The translations under genes and the position numbers were made by a program. A stretch of 64,000 nucleotides of DNA. It comes from Ferruginibacter sp. GTDB lineage: Bacteria; Bacteroidota; Bacteroidia; Chitinophagales; Chitinophagaceae. The notes beneath the pieces were generated by a model. That model saw only the letters and a list, made by a program, of their open reading frames with translations. It had not been told where the DNA came from and ran no database searches. Within the stretch, counting starts at the first letter, position 1. Each line of letters begins with the position of its first letter. This document shows, one piece after another, positions 8,772 through 17,116 of this stretch. Where the stretch lies: the NCBI GenBank assembly GCA_039922055.1, contig JBDSAP010000065.1:360-64359 (forward strand), read 5' to 3'.

Positions 8772-8844
8772 CAGCATTTGTTTTTCATAGCGGCATCGTT
8801 GTGTTATTCCAATTCCGATTTATCGGAACTCACTTGTACTACAT
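8772..8844 (+). repeat. dispersed TTTTTCAT-GC-CATCGTTG-GT...CACTTGTAC element, copy with internal hairpin insert
   Basis: CAGCATTTGTTTTTCATAGCGGCATCGTTGTGTT, then hairpin TTCCGAtttaTCGGAA, then CTCACTTGTACTACAT. It aligns with 13292-13345(rc), 17529-17571, 47634-47698 and 55455-55525(rc). Confidence 0.75.
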
Positions 8845-8994
8845 ACCATTGTGGAGCTTTGCCCATTATCTTGGCCTCACCTCCCTTCCTCCTCTCCCAA
8901 AGAGAGGAGGCGGTGCTTCATCTCTTTAATAAACATTATCACTTCCAAATCAACAGCAAATCATAACCGATCTTTCATCAGCAGAATATGTTTA

Positions 8995-9560
8995 GAAAAA
9001 GACTCTTGCCCTTTCTCCTCCCCTTGGGGGAGGCCAGGTGGGGCCACATCTCACCGCTCGTTCATCAGCAAAATATGTTCAGCACAAGACTCTTGCCCTA
9101 TCTCCTCCCCTTGGGGGAGGCCGGGTGGGGCCGCATCTTACCGATCTTTCACCAACAAAATATGTTTAGTACCAGGCTCTTCCCCTGTCCCCTCCCTTTG
9201 GGGGAGGCCGGGTGGGGCCACATCTTACCGATTTTCCACCAGCAAAATATCTTTAGTTACAAGACTCTTGCCTTTTCCCCTCCCCTTGGGGGAGGCCGGG
9301 TGGGGCCTTGTCTCTTACTCAGCAGAAGCTTTTAAATTAGTTTACTCTTGCCCTTTCTCCTTCCCTTCGGGGAGGCTGGGAGGGGCCGCATCTCACCCAT
9401 CCTTCCCCAGTAAAACATCTTTAGTTACAAGACTCTTGCCTTTTCCCTCCCCCATTGGGGAGGCCGGGTGGGGCCTTGTCGCTTACTCAGCAGAAGCTTT
9501 TAAATTAGTTTACTCTTGCCCTTTCCTCCTCCCCTTCGGGGAGGCCGGGAGGGGCCCGGC
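8995..9560 (+). repeat. REP-like array: 7 tandem copies of a GC-rich hairpin element (CCTCCCC-TTG-GGGGAGG-CCGGGTGGGGCC), period 80-89 bp
   Basis: Hairpin cores start near 9017, 9104, 9190, 9279, 9359, 9446 and 9526. A roughly 106-bp higher-order duplication links 9251-9356 and 9419-9524. A solo copy lies at 17777-17821, with diverged inverted relatives at 8888-8910 and 7329-7360. Confidence 0.9.
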
Positions 9561-10537
9561 TGATGCATGATACCCTCGTTAATAATTGACTGTACTATTT
9601 GATATGGTTGTTTTTCAATAATATAAAACTGGCCCTTCCCCTGATCGTTCCATGTATTACGTCCATCCTCCGCTACTTCTATTTTACCTTCCTTCAAACT
9701 ATACCATCGCTCATATCCTTTTATTGCGATCAATACAGCCGTCTCATCCCAACTGCTGCGGCCTGCGCTATCTTCTGCTGCCAGCGGAATACTGATCCTG
9801 AATGCGTCTTTTACAGGACTATTTTTGATAGCCCCGTTATTAATTAATGGTAATCCTGCTTTTATTTTTTTGCCAATTTCGAAGCCGCTTAAAATGACGG
9901 GTGTTTCCCAATTATCATAAACGATTTTCGACGCAGCCGCATCTTCTCTTACATTAAATTCATGCCCTTCCGGAAATTTACCTGCCATACAAACCAACAA
10001 CTTTACCTTCTTTTTTATCAATGCTTTTCCATCCAGCGCAGAATATCTATCGGGTTTGGATTGGTACAAATTAGCAAGGTTCGTTAGGAAACCCACCGTG
10101 ATGACCGTAACAGACCTATCAGGTTGGCCGGCTAATATTTTACGATACAGATCAACTGCATCGGGCACGTCATCATTGCTTTTTATTTTGTGCGGATAAT
10201 TTGCCAGCAAACTATCTGTCCAGTGCTGTGTATCTCTCAACTCAAGCGCTTTACCCCTGGGAACTGCGATAGGAATATTTGGCCGGCTAAAATAAGTATT
10301 GAACACATTGAATACCCCGGCCACACCCTGGTATTTTGTGCTTGCAATAGTGGCAAGTATTTTCGCCTGCCCGCTATCGGCATAAGCATGTAACATAGTA
10401 ATCGCTCCCACATCATCATAGTCGGGACCCATATCAGAATCAAAAATAACCGGAACAGTTTTGTTGGAAATTTTTTGCGCTTGCATGGAGAAACTAAATA
10501 GCAACACACAGGAAAACAGGAAGGATTTTATCAGCAT
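9500..10537 (-). CDS. exported inosine-uridine-preferring nucleoside hydrolase (IUNH)-family protein
   Basis: Signal peptide MLIKSFLFSCVLLFSFSMQAQK. N-terminal Asp cluster VIFDSDMGPDYDDVGAI matches the family's DxDxxxDD motif. The last approximately 22 aa (HQPGPSRPPRRGGGKGKSKLI) are encoded by REP copy 7. Confidence 0.75.
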   Translation of the reverse strand: MLIKSFLFSCVLLFSFSMQAQKISNKTVPVIFDSDMGPDYDDVGAITMLHAYADSGQAKILATIASTKYQGVAGVFNVFNTYFSRPNIPIAVPRGKALELRDTQHWTDSLLANYPHKIKSNDDVPDAVDLYRKILAGQPDRSVTVITVGFLTNLANLYQSKPDRYSALDGKALIKKKVKLLVCMAGKFPEGHEFNVREDAAASKIVYDNWETPVILSGFEIGKKIKAGLPLINNGAIKNSPVKDAFRISIPLAAEDSAGRSSWDETAVLIAIKGYERWYSLKEGKIEVAEDGRNTWNDQGKGQFYIIEKQPYQIVQSIINEGIMHQPGPSRPPRRGGGKGKSKLI

Positions 10538-10555
10538 GGCAATCGTTGAAATAGT

Positions 10556-11557
10556 TTATAAGCCCGAGTAAATTAGTAAACCTAATCCAATAATAAAAAA
10601 CAAAAACATGGCTGTAATTAATCCGCTGGTACCCTTCGGTGAATTTTTAAATTCTTTCCAAATAAAAACTCCCCAGAAAGCGGCTACCAATGTAGCACCC
10701 TGTCCGAGCCCATACGAAATTGCGGGACCTGCTTTTCCCGCCGCAATTAAATTAAATGAATTGCCAACACCCCATATCAGTCCCCCCAATACGCCTACTA
10801 AATGTGTTTTAAAACCTCCTTTAAAATAAGCAGCATAGCTGGTCGGCTCACCGGTAAAAGGTTTTTTAATAAGAATGCTGTTGAACACAAAGTTGCTAAG
10901 TAAAATACCTACAGAAAAAATGAACACAGCAGTGTAGGGAGTCATTTTACCGGCAGCAGGCTGGTGGAAATTTTCGAGGTCCATACTTACCGCAATAAAG
11001 CGATAAAAGAACGACATCAAAATACCACCGGCAATAGCAAGTACAATTCCTTTAGAGGAGACTTTACCTGCGCCGCTTGCTTTTCTCCTGTAAGCAATTG
11101 CGTTCAGCACAATAGCTGCGGCCACCAATATTGCACCGGCAAAAAGCGCCACCGGATCGCCTTTTTGAGCAGCCAGGTAATTGATGAATACGCCTAACAA
11201 TAACGCAATGCCAATGCCAATAGGGAAGGCCACCGACATACCTGCAATTGCAATAGCGGCAACCACTAAAATATTTGCCGCGTTAAAAATTATTCCACCC
11301 AATAAGGCACTGCCTATATTACTGCTGTCAGCCTGTTTCAGATCATTAATAAAACTTCTTCCCTCCTCACCCGTACTGCCCAATGTAAATGCACTAATCA
11401 ATGAGAACAATAAAATGCCGATCACATAGTCCCAATAAAACAATTCAAAGCGCCAGGTTTTTTCCGCAAGCTTTTGAGTATTAGCCCACGATCCCCAGCA
11501 AAGCATTGTGATGACGCAAAAAATAACAGCAACAGAATAATTTTCAATGATGAACAT
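10556..11557 (-). CDS. 10-TM DMT-superfamily sugar permease (GRP family, GlcU/RbsU-like)
   Basis: 333 aa, hydrophobic throughout, with two 5-TM halves. The N-terminus ...CWGSWANTQKL and a central charged loop (YRRKASGAGKVSSKG) are typical of GRP glucose/ribose uptake proteins. Confidence 0.65.
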   Translation of the reverse strand: MFIIENYSVAVIFCVITMLCWGSWANTQKLAEKTWRFELFYWDYVIGILLFSLISAFTLGSTGEEGRSFINDLKQADSSNIGSALLGGIIFNAANILVVAAIAIAGMSVAFPIGIGIALLLGVFINYLAAQKGDPVALFAGAILVAAAIVLNAIAYRRKASGAGKVSSKGIVLAIAGGILMSFFYRFIAVSMDLENFHQPAAGKMTPYTAVFIFSVGILLSNFVFNSILIKKPFTGEPTSYAAYFKGGFKTHLVGVLGGLIWGVGNSFNLIAAGKAGPAISYGLGQGATLVAAFWGVFIWKEFKNSPKGTSGLITAMFLFFIIGLGLLIYSGL

Positions 11558-11674
11558 GTTCGGTTGATTTAAGATTGAAAGGCATTTTGTTTAACATATT
11601 TGGCCACGATATCGATAAACCGACAGGCCCTCCATGATGAATAATTTTCGGGGGAGCCTTTTTTAGGCACTCCT

Positions 11675-13219
11675 TTATTTTTCATTTGCTAATAACCCAT
11701 TCACAGCCTCGTTGGAATAAACAATCACCTGTGCCGATTCGATTTGATGCTCCTGCGAAGGATTCAATAACTTAAATTTTACAGAATGTTTTCCTTTTGG
11801 CAGATCATACTTCCAGCATAGCTCATGACGGCGTGTGGTAAAATTTACAGGCAATGGAATTGCTTCCACCATTTTACCATCAATATACAATTCTGCATCA
11901 AAAACAAACCCCGATGTACTCGTCCATTTTGAGGCCCCTCCTCTTAAAACAAAACCGGTCCCTTCGAAATCAAAATTAATTTCATCCTTGCTGTCATTCC
12001 ATTTCACACCAGTTTTTGAAACCGGGTAAAGCCCCTTAAAACTCTTTTCAAATTTCACTAAAGCAGGTAGCTGCACTTTTATGGTAATGTTGTCGCCGCT
12101 TAGTTTTCCGCCATTTCTTTCTATGTTTTGAATGGCGTGTTTATAGCCGATGGCATACACATTTTCAAGGCTCATGGTGGTGTATTTAAAATCGATATCC
12201 TCTGCTTCTTTCAATCCCATCTTCCAGTAGGCAGGAATGTTTTCATAGCCTAAAACGGTTCCCAGTATTCCGCCTGCGGAAGATGGATTGCAATCCGCAT
12301 CCTGTCCGCATCGGGTGGTGATCTCCATTGTTTTTGTGAAGTCCCCACCGCCATACAACAAACCAATTGTTACATAAGCAGCATTTACTTTTGCATCAAT
12401 ATTAAACGGCACAAATACACCCTCAGGACAACCGATATCATCTGCCCATTTTTTTTGTACTTCCAGCCAGGTTTGCTTCCAGTCGTTTGGGTATTTTTTA
12501 TAAGAAATGATCACATCGTTGATGCATTGATAAAATTCACTTTGCTTAGGAATCGTCTTCAGCGCTTCGTTGATGATATAAGGAATATCTTTTGAAGTAA
12601 ATGCCAGTGTATACATAGCGCCAATATAAATACCTCCATACCAGCCATCGCCATAGTTCATAATATGTCCGATCTTATCACTGATCTGTGATGCTGTATT
12701 AGGCATGCCCGGACTCATCAAGCCTGCAAAGTCTGCCTCTATCTGGTAGTCGATACAATCCGCATGCGGGTTGTTGATCCAATGACCGCTTGCAGGCGCT
12801 TTTATACCATGCAGAATATTATAACGACCCGCCTGGTTCGCATGCCACAACATGTAGCCGGCATTTGCAAATGCATTGGCGAATGAATCAACAGGCGCAT
12901 CCAATCCATATTTTTCAAACACATCCACAAACGTTAGATCCATATACAAATCGTCATACAAGCCGGGATTATTGACCATGGTATTTTTTAAATAGCCGTC
13001 ATACCATTTCAACGGCTGGTAGTCGCCGATGAAAGTACCATTGAACTGAAACTCATAAGGCCCGCCAAATGTTACCCCAATCGTTTGACCAGCCCATCCT
13101 CCTTTTATCTTGCTTTTAAGTTGTTCTTGTGTAAGCGTTATTGTTTTACTTGTTTGTGCATATTGGCTCAATGCAATTAGCAGTATACCTGTTGTTACGA
13201 TCCATTTTTTAAAATCCAT
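11675..13219 (-). CDS. exported ADP-ribosylglycohydrolase (ARH/DraG)-family protein with a C-terminal extension of about 140 aa
   Basis: The likely start is M23 at 13219 (MDFKKWIVTTGILLIALSQYAQT signal peptide). ARH motifs GGWAGQTIGVTFGGPYEF and RCGQDADCNPSSAGGILG are present. A C-terminal beta-rich tail (GFVLRGG...LYIDGKMVE...) follows. Confidence 0.8.
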   Translation of the reverse strand: MDFKKWIVTTGILLIALSQYAQTSKTITLTQEQLKSKIKGGWAGQTIGVTFGGPYEFQFNGTFIGDYQPLKWYDGYLKNTMVNNPGLYDDLYMDLTFVDVFEKYGLDAPVDSFANAFANAGYMLWHANQAGRYNILHGIKAPASGHWINNPHADCIDYQIEADFAGLMSPGMPNTASQISDKIGHIMNYGDGWYGGIYIGAMYTLAFTSKDIPYIINEALKTIPKQSEFYQCINDVIISYKKYPNDWKQTWLEVQKKWADDIGCPEGVFVPFNIDAKVNAAYVTIGLLYGGGDFTKTMEITTRCGQDADCNPSSAGGILGTVLGYENIPAYWKMGLKEAEDIDFKYTTMSLENVYAIGYKHAIQNIERNGGKLSGDNITIKVQLPALVKFEKSFKGLYPVSKTGVKWNDSKDEINFDFEGTGFVLRGGASKWTSTSGFVFDAELYIDGKMVEAIPLPVNFTTRRHELCWKYDLPKGKHSVKFKLLNPSQEHQIESAQVIVYSNEAVNGLLANEK

Positions 13220-13291
13220 TTTTTTATTTTTTAATGACTGAAGTTGTAAGATAGTTGCCTGGAGCCTGGATTTTTTTTGTTCCACAAAGCT

Positions 13292-13345
13292 GTAAATGTA
13301 TAAGTGTGCGACGCAACGATGATGCCATGAAAAACAAATGCCCGG
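13292..13345 (-). repeat. dispersed TTTTTCATGGCATCATCGTTGCGTC...CACTTATAC element (best copy)
   Basis: The minus strand reads CCGGGCATTTGTTTTTCATGGCATCATCGTTGCGTCGCACACTTATACATTTAC. It sits in the 92-nt gap between the 2-hydroxyacid dehydrogenase stop and the long ARH ORF. Confidence 0.8.
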
Positions 13346-13377
13346 ACAAAAATATTTTCTAATTTAAATGACCTTGA

Positions 13378-14325
13378 TCAGGGATTAACAACATGCTGTG
13401 GTTTTCCTGCCAAAAACGCTTTTACATTTTCGATGGTGGTTTGCATCAACCGCTTTCTAGCTTCTTTGGTTATCCATGCGATGTGCGGCGTGATGATACA
13501 GTTTGGTAAACCGATCAATGGATTACCAGTTGGCGGAGGCTCCTGCCTTAATACATCCAATGCAGCAGCCAATAAAACTTTTTCCTTTAATGCTGCTGCA
13601 AGATCTTTTTCATTGATCAGTTGGCCCCTTGATGTATTTACTAAACAAGCAGTTGGTTTCATCAGCGACAGCAACGCTTTATTCACAAAGGAATCATTGT
13701 CTTTTGTAAGCGGGCAATGCAAGGAGATGTAATCACTTTGTGCAAAGAGCTCCTCCAAACTTACTGCTTTTGCCAATGTTGATTTTTTGCCTTTGTTATA
13801 AAATATCACCTGCATACCGAATGCTTTTGCGATCTCCGCAACTCTTTGTCCGATACGGCCAAAACCAACAATGCCGAGGGTTTTTCCACTGATCTCTGTG
13901 GTTGGTTGCAAGGTATAGCTCCAATCAGGAGATCGGCTCCATCCGCCATCAGACACGCTCTTTGCGTGAGCGCCTGTTTGGTTTGCAAGTTCAAGCAGCA
14001 GCGCAAATGTATGCTGTGCTACAGAATCAGTTCCATAAACCGGCACGTTGGAAACGATGATCCCTTTCTCCTTTGCAGTTACTGTATCAATCACATTATA
14101 ACCCGTTGCAGTAACGCTGATAAATTTAAGATTGCTACAGGAGTGTATGGTGGCGGCAGTTACAGGAGTTTTGTTGGTGATGATGATATCCGTATCCTTG
14201 CAATACTCGGCAACCGCTCCAGGTTGCATACGGTCAAAATATTTTACATCCCCAAGCCTATTGATCGCTTCCCAATCCAGGTCGCCGGGATTTAAAGTGT
14301 AGCCATCTGTAATTACTATTTGCAT
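13378..14325 (-). CDS. D-isomer-specific 2-hydroxyacid dehydrogenase (glycerate/hydroxypyruvate reductase-like)
   Basis: NAD-binding site GIVGFGRIGQRVA, plus NTSRG and the catalytic region ITPHIAW. The 315-aa length is typical. Confidence 0.88.
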   Translation of the reverse strand: MQIVITDGYTLNPGDLDWEAINRLGDVKYFDRMQPGAVAEYCKDTDIIITNKTPVTAATIHSCSNLKFISVTATGYNVIDTVTAKEKGIIVSNVPVYGTDSVAQHTFALLLELANQTGAHAKSVSDGGWSRSPDWSYTLQPTTEISGKTLGIVGFGRIGQRVAEIAKAFGMQVIFYNKGKKSTLAKAVSLEELFAQSDYISLHCPLTKDNDSFVNKALLSLMKPTACLVNTSRGQLINEKDLAAALKEKVLLAAALDVLRQEPPPTGNPLIGLPNCIITPHIAWITKEARKRLMQTTIENVKAFLAGKPQHVVNP

Positions 14326-14361
14326 AAGTTTCTGATCAATTTATTAGAAGAAACAGGTCAT

Positions 14362-17088
14362 TTATTGGGAAGAGATCACTGCAAGGCTTGTTGCATATTC
14401 AAAAACATAATCACCTGAGCCCACATTAAAAACCGTATTGCCATCCTGTTGTTTCACTTCGCCAAATTGATTACCAAGCGGTGAACCTCCCTCCATCACT
14501 TTATCCGGCTGAACAGAAGGGAGCGTAATTGTTGCCGTAGTATTTGCCGGTATACTTACCCTTACGATCAGTTTACCATCCCTCACCTCCCAGCCTGATG
14601 CGATCTTGCCGTATGCGCTTTCAAATCCAGCCTTTGCATAAGTAAGTCTTTTGGTAGGATGCGGCTGGATCAAAATATGTTTATACCCCGGCTCGCCAAT
14701 CTCAATACCGGCCACTACCCTATACATCCAGTCTCCAATGGCGCCGTAAGCATAATGGTTAAAAGAATTCATACCCACATCCTGGAAGGTGCTGTCTGTT
14801 TTTTGCCCATCCCATCTTTCCCAAATGGTAGTTGCACCCATTTTTACGGGGTATAACCAGGATGGAAAAGTTTCCTGGAGCAACAGATCGTAAGCCACAT
14901 CAGTACGACCATTTTTCGTAAGCACATGACACAAATAAGGAGTTCCAAGAAAACCGGTTGAAAGATGATTGTCTCTTCCCTTAATATCATCCACCAGGTA
15001 CTGCGTTGCTTTCGCCCTCAGGTTTTCAGGCAGCAAATCAAACATCAATGACAATACATATCCTGTTTGAGATTCAGCAGTAACGTGCCCTTCAGCCGTT
15101 ACATAATTCTTATTGAAGGCTTCTTTTATCTTTTCAAAAAGGTCGTTGTAAAACTTTTCATCATCTTTTTTGCCTAATACCGCGGCAGTATTTGCCAGCA
15201 ACTTTGTGGAGTATGCATAAAAAGTAGTAGCGATCATATCAGGATTGGTATAGCCATCATTCTCTGTCTGGTTCATAGATTTATAAAACAACCAGTCACC
15301 AAAAACACTTCCGCCTTTCCATATATAACTACCGCCCGCTTTTTTGTGGATGTACTCTACATAAGCCTTCATACTTGGATATTGTGTCTCCAAAATTCTT
15401 TTATCGCCATACACCTGGTAGATCGTCCACGGCGCAATGGTAGACACATCGCCCCAACCAGCCGAAGTGCTTTTATTCCCCAGCACATCGGGAATTACAA
15501 AAGGTACTTTTCCATCACCGTCCTGGTCTGCTGCAAGGTCCTTTAGCCACTTGGTAAAAAAAGCAGCAACATCCATATTGAAAGCTGCCGTGCGAACAAA
15601 CGCCTGTGCATCTCCCGTCCAGCCAAGTCGCTCATCCCGTTGCGGACAATCCGTCGGCACATCCACAAAGTTGCCCTTTTGCCCCCATTGAATATTATGT
15701 TGTAATTGATTCAACAACTGGTTAGAGCTTTCAAATGTACCCGTAGGTTCCATTTCAGAATGAACCACGACACCGATAATATTTTCTGGTTTTAATTCAC
15801 CGGGATAACCATCAACAGCCACATAACGAAACCCAAAGAAAGTAAACCTCGGCTCATAAGTTTCTTCTTCGCCACCTTTCAATAAATATTTTGCTGTTGC
15901 CGTTGCAGCCCTCAAATTATCCGTGTAAAATTCACCATATTTATCCAGCACTTCTGCATGACGGATCGTTACCACTGTGCCGGCGGCACCCTTCACTTTC
16001 AGTCGAATCCATCCTACCATATTCTGCCCCATGTCCACAACTAATGTACCCTTGGGCGTACGAAATACTTTTATCGCTTTCAGTTCCTGTATCTTTCTAA
16101 CGGGAACTGTTTGAGTAGCTACTAAAATATTTTTTGATTGATTGGCGGTATTCACAGCTTTCCATTTACTATCATCAAAACGGGCATTGCTCCACCCCTT
16201 CATTTCTTTGCGTGCGTCATAAGTTTCACCATCATAAATACCATCGAGTATAATAGGCCCATCCTGCGTACTCTTCCATGTATTATCTGTAACCACCAGT
16301 TGCTCGGTACCATCATCAAAGGTTAAACGCAATTGGCATAAAAGGCCCAATGTTTTGCCCCATAAGCCAAAATTACTAACCCATCCAAGTGTACCCCGAT
16401 ACCAGCCATCCGCCAGCATCGCACCCACAACATTACTACCCTGTTGTACAAGATTAGTAATGTCGTACACCTGGTATTGTAAACGTTTATTGTAACTGGT
16501 CCAGCCCGGCGTCAGCACCTGGTCGCCCACTTTTTTTCCATTAATGTATAATTCATAAAAACCATGACTTGTTACATAAGCTCTTGCTGCAACAATTTTC
16601 TTTGGAGCAGAAAAATCTTTACGCAACAAAATCGCCGGCTGTTTAGGTATCGTATCCTGCACCGGTTCTATCCAGGTAGCCTGCCATTCTCCAGGTTTCA
16701 ACAGGCCGGTTTCAAAAAATGCTGCCTCGCTCCAGGCAGATTCTTTATTGGCTTTGTCCCAAACCTTTACCTGCCAGAAATACCGCTGGCCAGATTTCAC
16801 AGCATTGCCATTATAAGGCTGAAGCACTGACTCATCAGAAGCCTGCTTACCCGATTGCCACACAAGCGATTTTTTAGAAAAATCCTTATCTGTTGCTACC
16901 CGGATATCGTAAGCGGTTTGCAGTATATTTCTGCCAGTGCCTTTTAACTTCCAGCTAAACCTCGGCTGTGCCGCACCAATGCCTACCGGATTTATTTTGT
17001 GTTCACATGAAAGGTCGTACACAGTTAATTTCTGAGCCACCCCTGCATGCGCAAGCAACATCAACAAAGCAATCTTTAGTAATTTCAT
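14362..17088 (-). CDS. alpha-L-rhamnosidase, GH78 (copy 1)
   Basis: The likely start is M18 at 17088 (MKLLKIALLMLLAHAGVAQ). The track start at 17139 lies inside a repeat. Motifs PRFSWKL, FFGFRYV and DCPQRDERLGWTGD are present, and the approximately 900-aa architecture fits. Confidence 0.9.
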   Translation of the reverse strand: MKLLKIALLMLLAHAGVAQKLTVYDLSCEHKINPVGIGAAQPRFSWKLKGTGRNILQTAYDIRVATDKDFSKKSLVWQSGKQASDESVLQPYNGNAVKSGQRYFWQVKVWDKANKESAWSEAAFFETGLLKPGEWQATWIEPVQDTIPKQPAILLRKDFSAPKKIVAARAYVTSHGFYELYINGKKVGDQVLTPGWTSYNKRLQYQVYDITNLVQQGSNVVGAMLADGWYRGTLGWVSNFGLWGKTLGLLCQLRLTFDDGTEQLVVTDNTWKSTQDGPIILDGIYDGETYDARKEMKGWSNARFDDSKWKAVNTANQSKNILVATQTVPVRKIQELKAIKVFRTPKGTLVVDMGQNMVGWIRLKVKGAAGTVVTIRHAEVLDKYGEFYTDNLRAATATAKYLLKGGEEETYEPRFTFFGFRYVAVDGYPGELKPENIIGVVVHSEMEPTGTFESSNQLLNQLQHNIQWGQKGNFVDVPTDCPQRDERLGWTGDAQAFVRTAAFNMDVAAFFTKWLKDLAADQDGDGKVPFVIPDVLGNKSTSAGWGDVSTIAPWTIYQVYGDKRILETQYPSMKAYVEYIHKKAGGSYIWKGGSVFGDWLFYKSMNQTENDGYTNPDMIATTFYAYSTKLLANTAAVLGKKDDEKFYNDLFEKIKEAFNKNYVTAEGHVTAESQTGYVLSLMFDLLPENLRAKATQYLVDDIKGRDNHLSTGFLGTPYLCHVLTKNGRTDVAYDLLLQETFPSWLYPVKMGATTIWERWDGQKTDSTFQDVGMNSFNHYAYGAIGDWMYRVVAGIEIGEPGYKHILIQPHPTKRLTYAKAGFESAYGKIASGWEVRDGKLIVRVSIPANTTATITLPSVQPDKVMEGGSPLGNQFGEVKQQDGNTVFNVGSGDYVFEYATSLAVISSQ

Positions 17089-17116
17089 AATAGATTTTTT
17101 TGGTAAATATTTATTT

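Noticed and set aside
8995-9560. CRISPR array interpretation of the 7-copy repeat (and likewise of 60999-61466)
   Set aside because: The sequences between the repeat cores are themselves homologous to one another. The repeats are imperfect and of the wrong length and structure. There is no leader and there are no cas genes anywhere in the window.
8851-9570. Track ORFs of 239 aa (8851-9570, +) and 115 aa (8988-9335, +) with repetitive ...SPWGRPGGA... / ...LPLGEAGWG... sequence
   Set aside because: Both are read-throughs of the REP-like hairpin array. The periodicity comes from the 80-89-bp DNA repeat. There is no start or RBS context, and the 239-aa ORF overlaps the 3' end of the IUNH-like gene on the other strand.
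13285-13345. Reading the TTGCGTCGCACACTTATACATTTA core as a standard Bacteroidota promoter (-33 TTG / -7 TAnnTTTG)
   Set aside because: The TTG to TA spacing is only about 13 nt, whereas about 19 nt is expected. The -7 box lacks the terminal G. Most copies point away from any gene, so a housekeeping promoter assignment is not supported.
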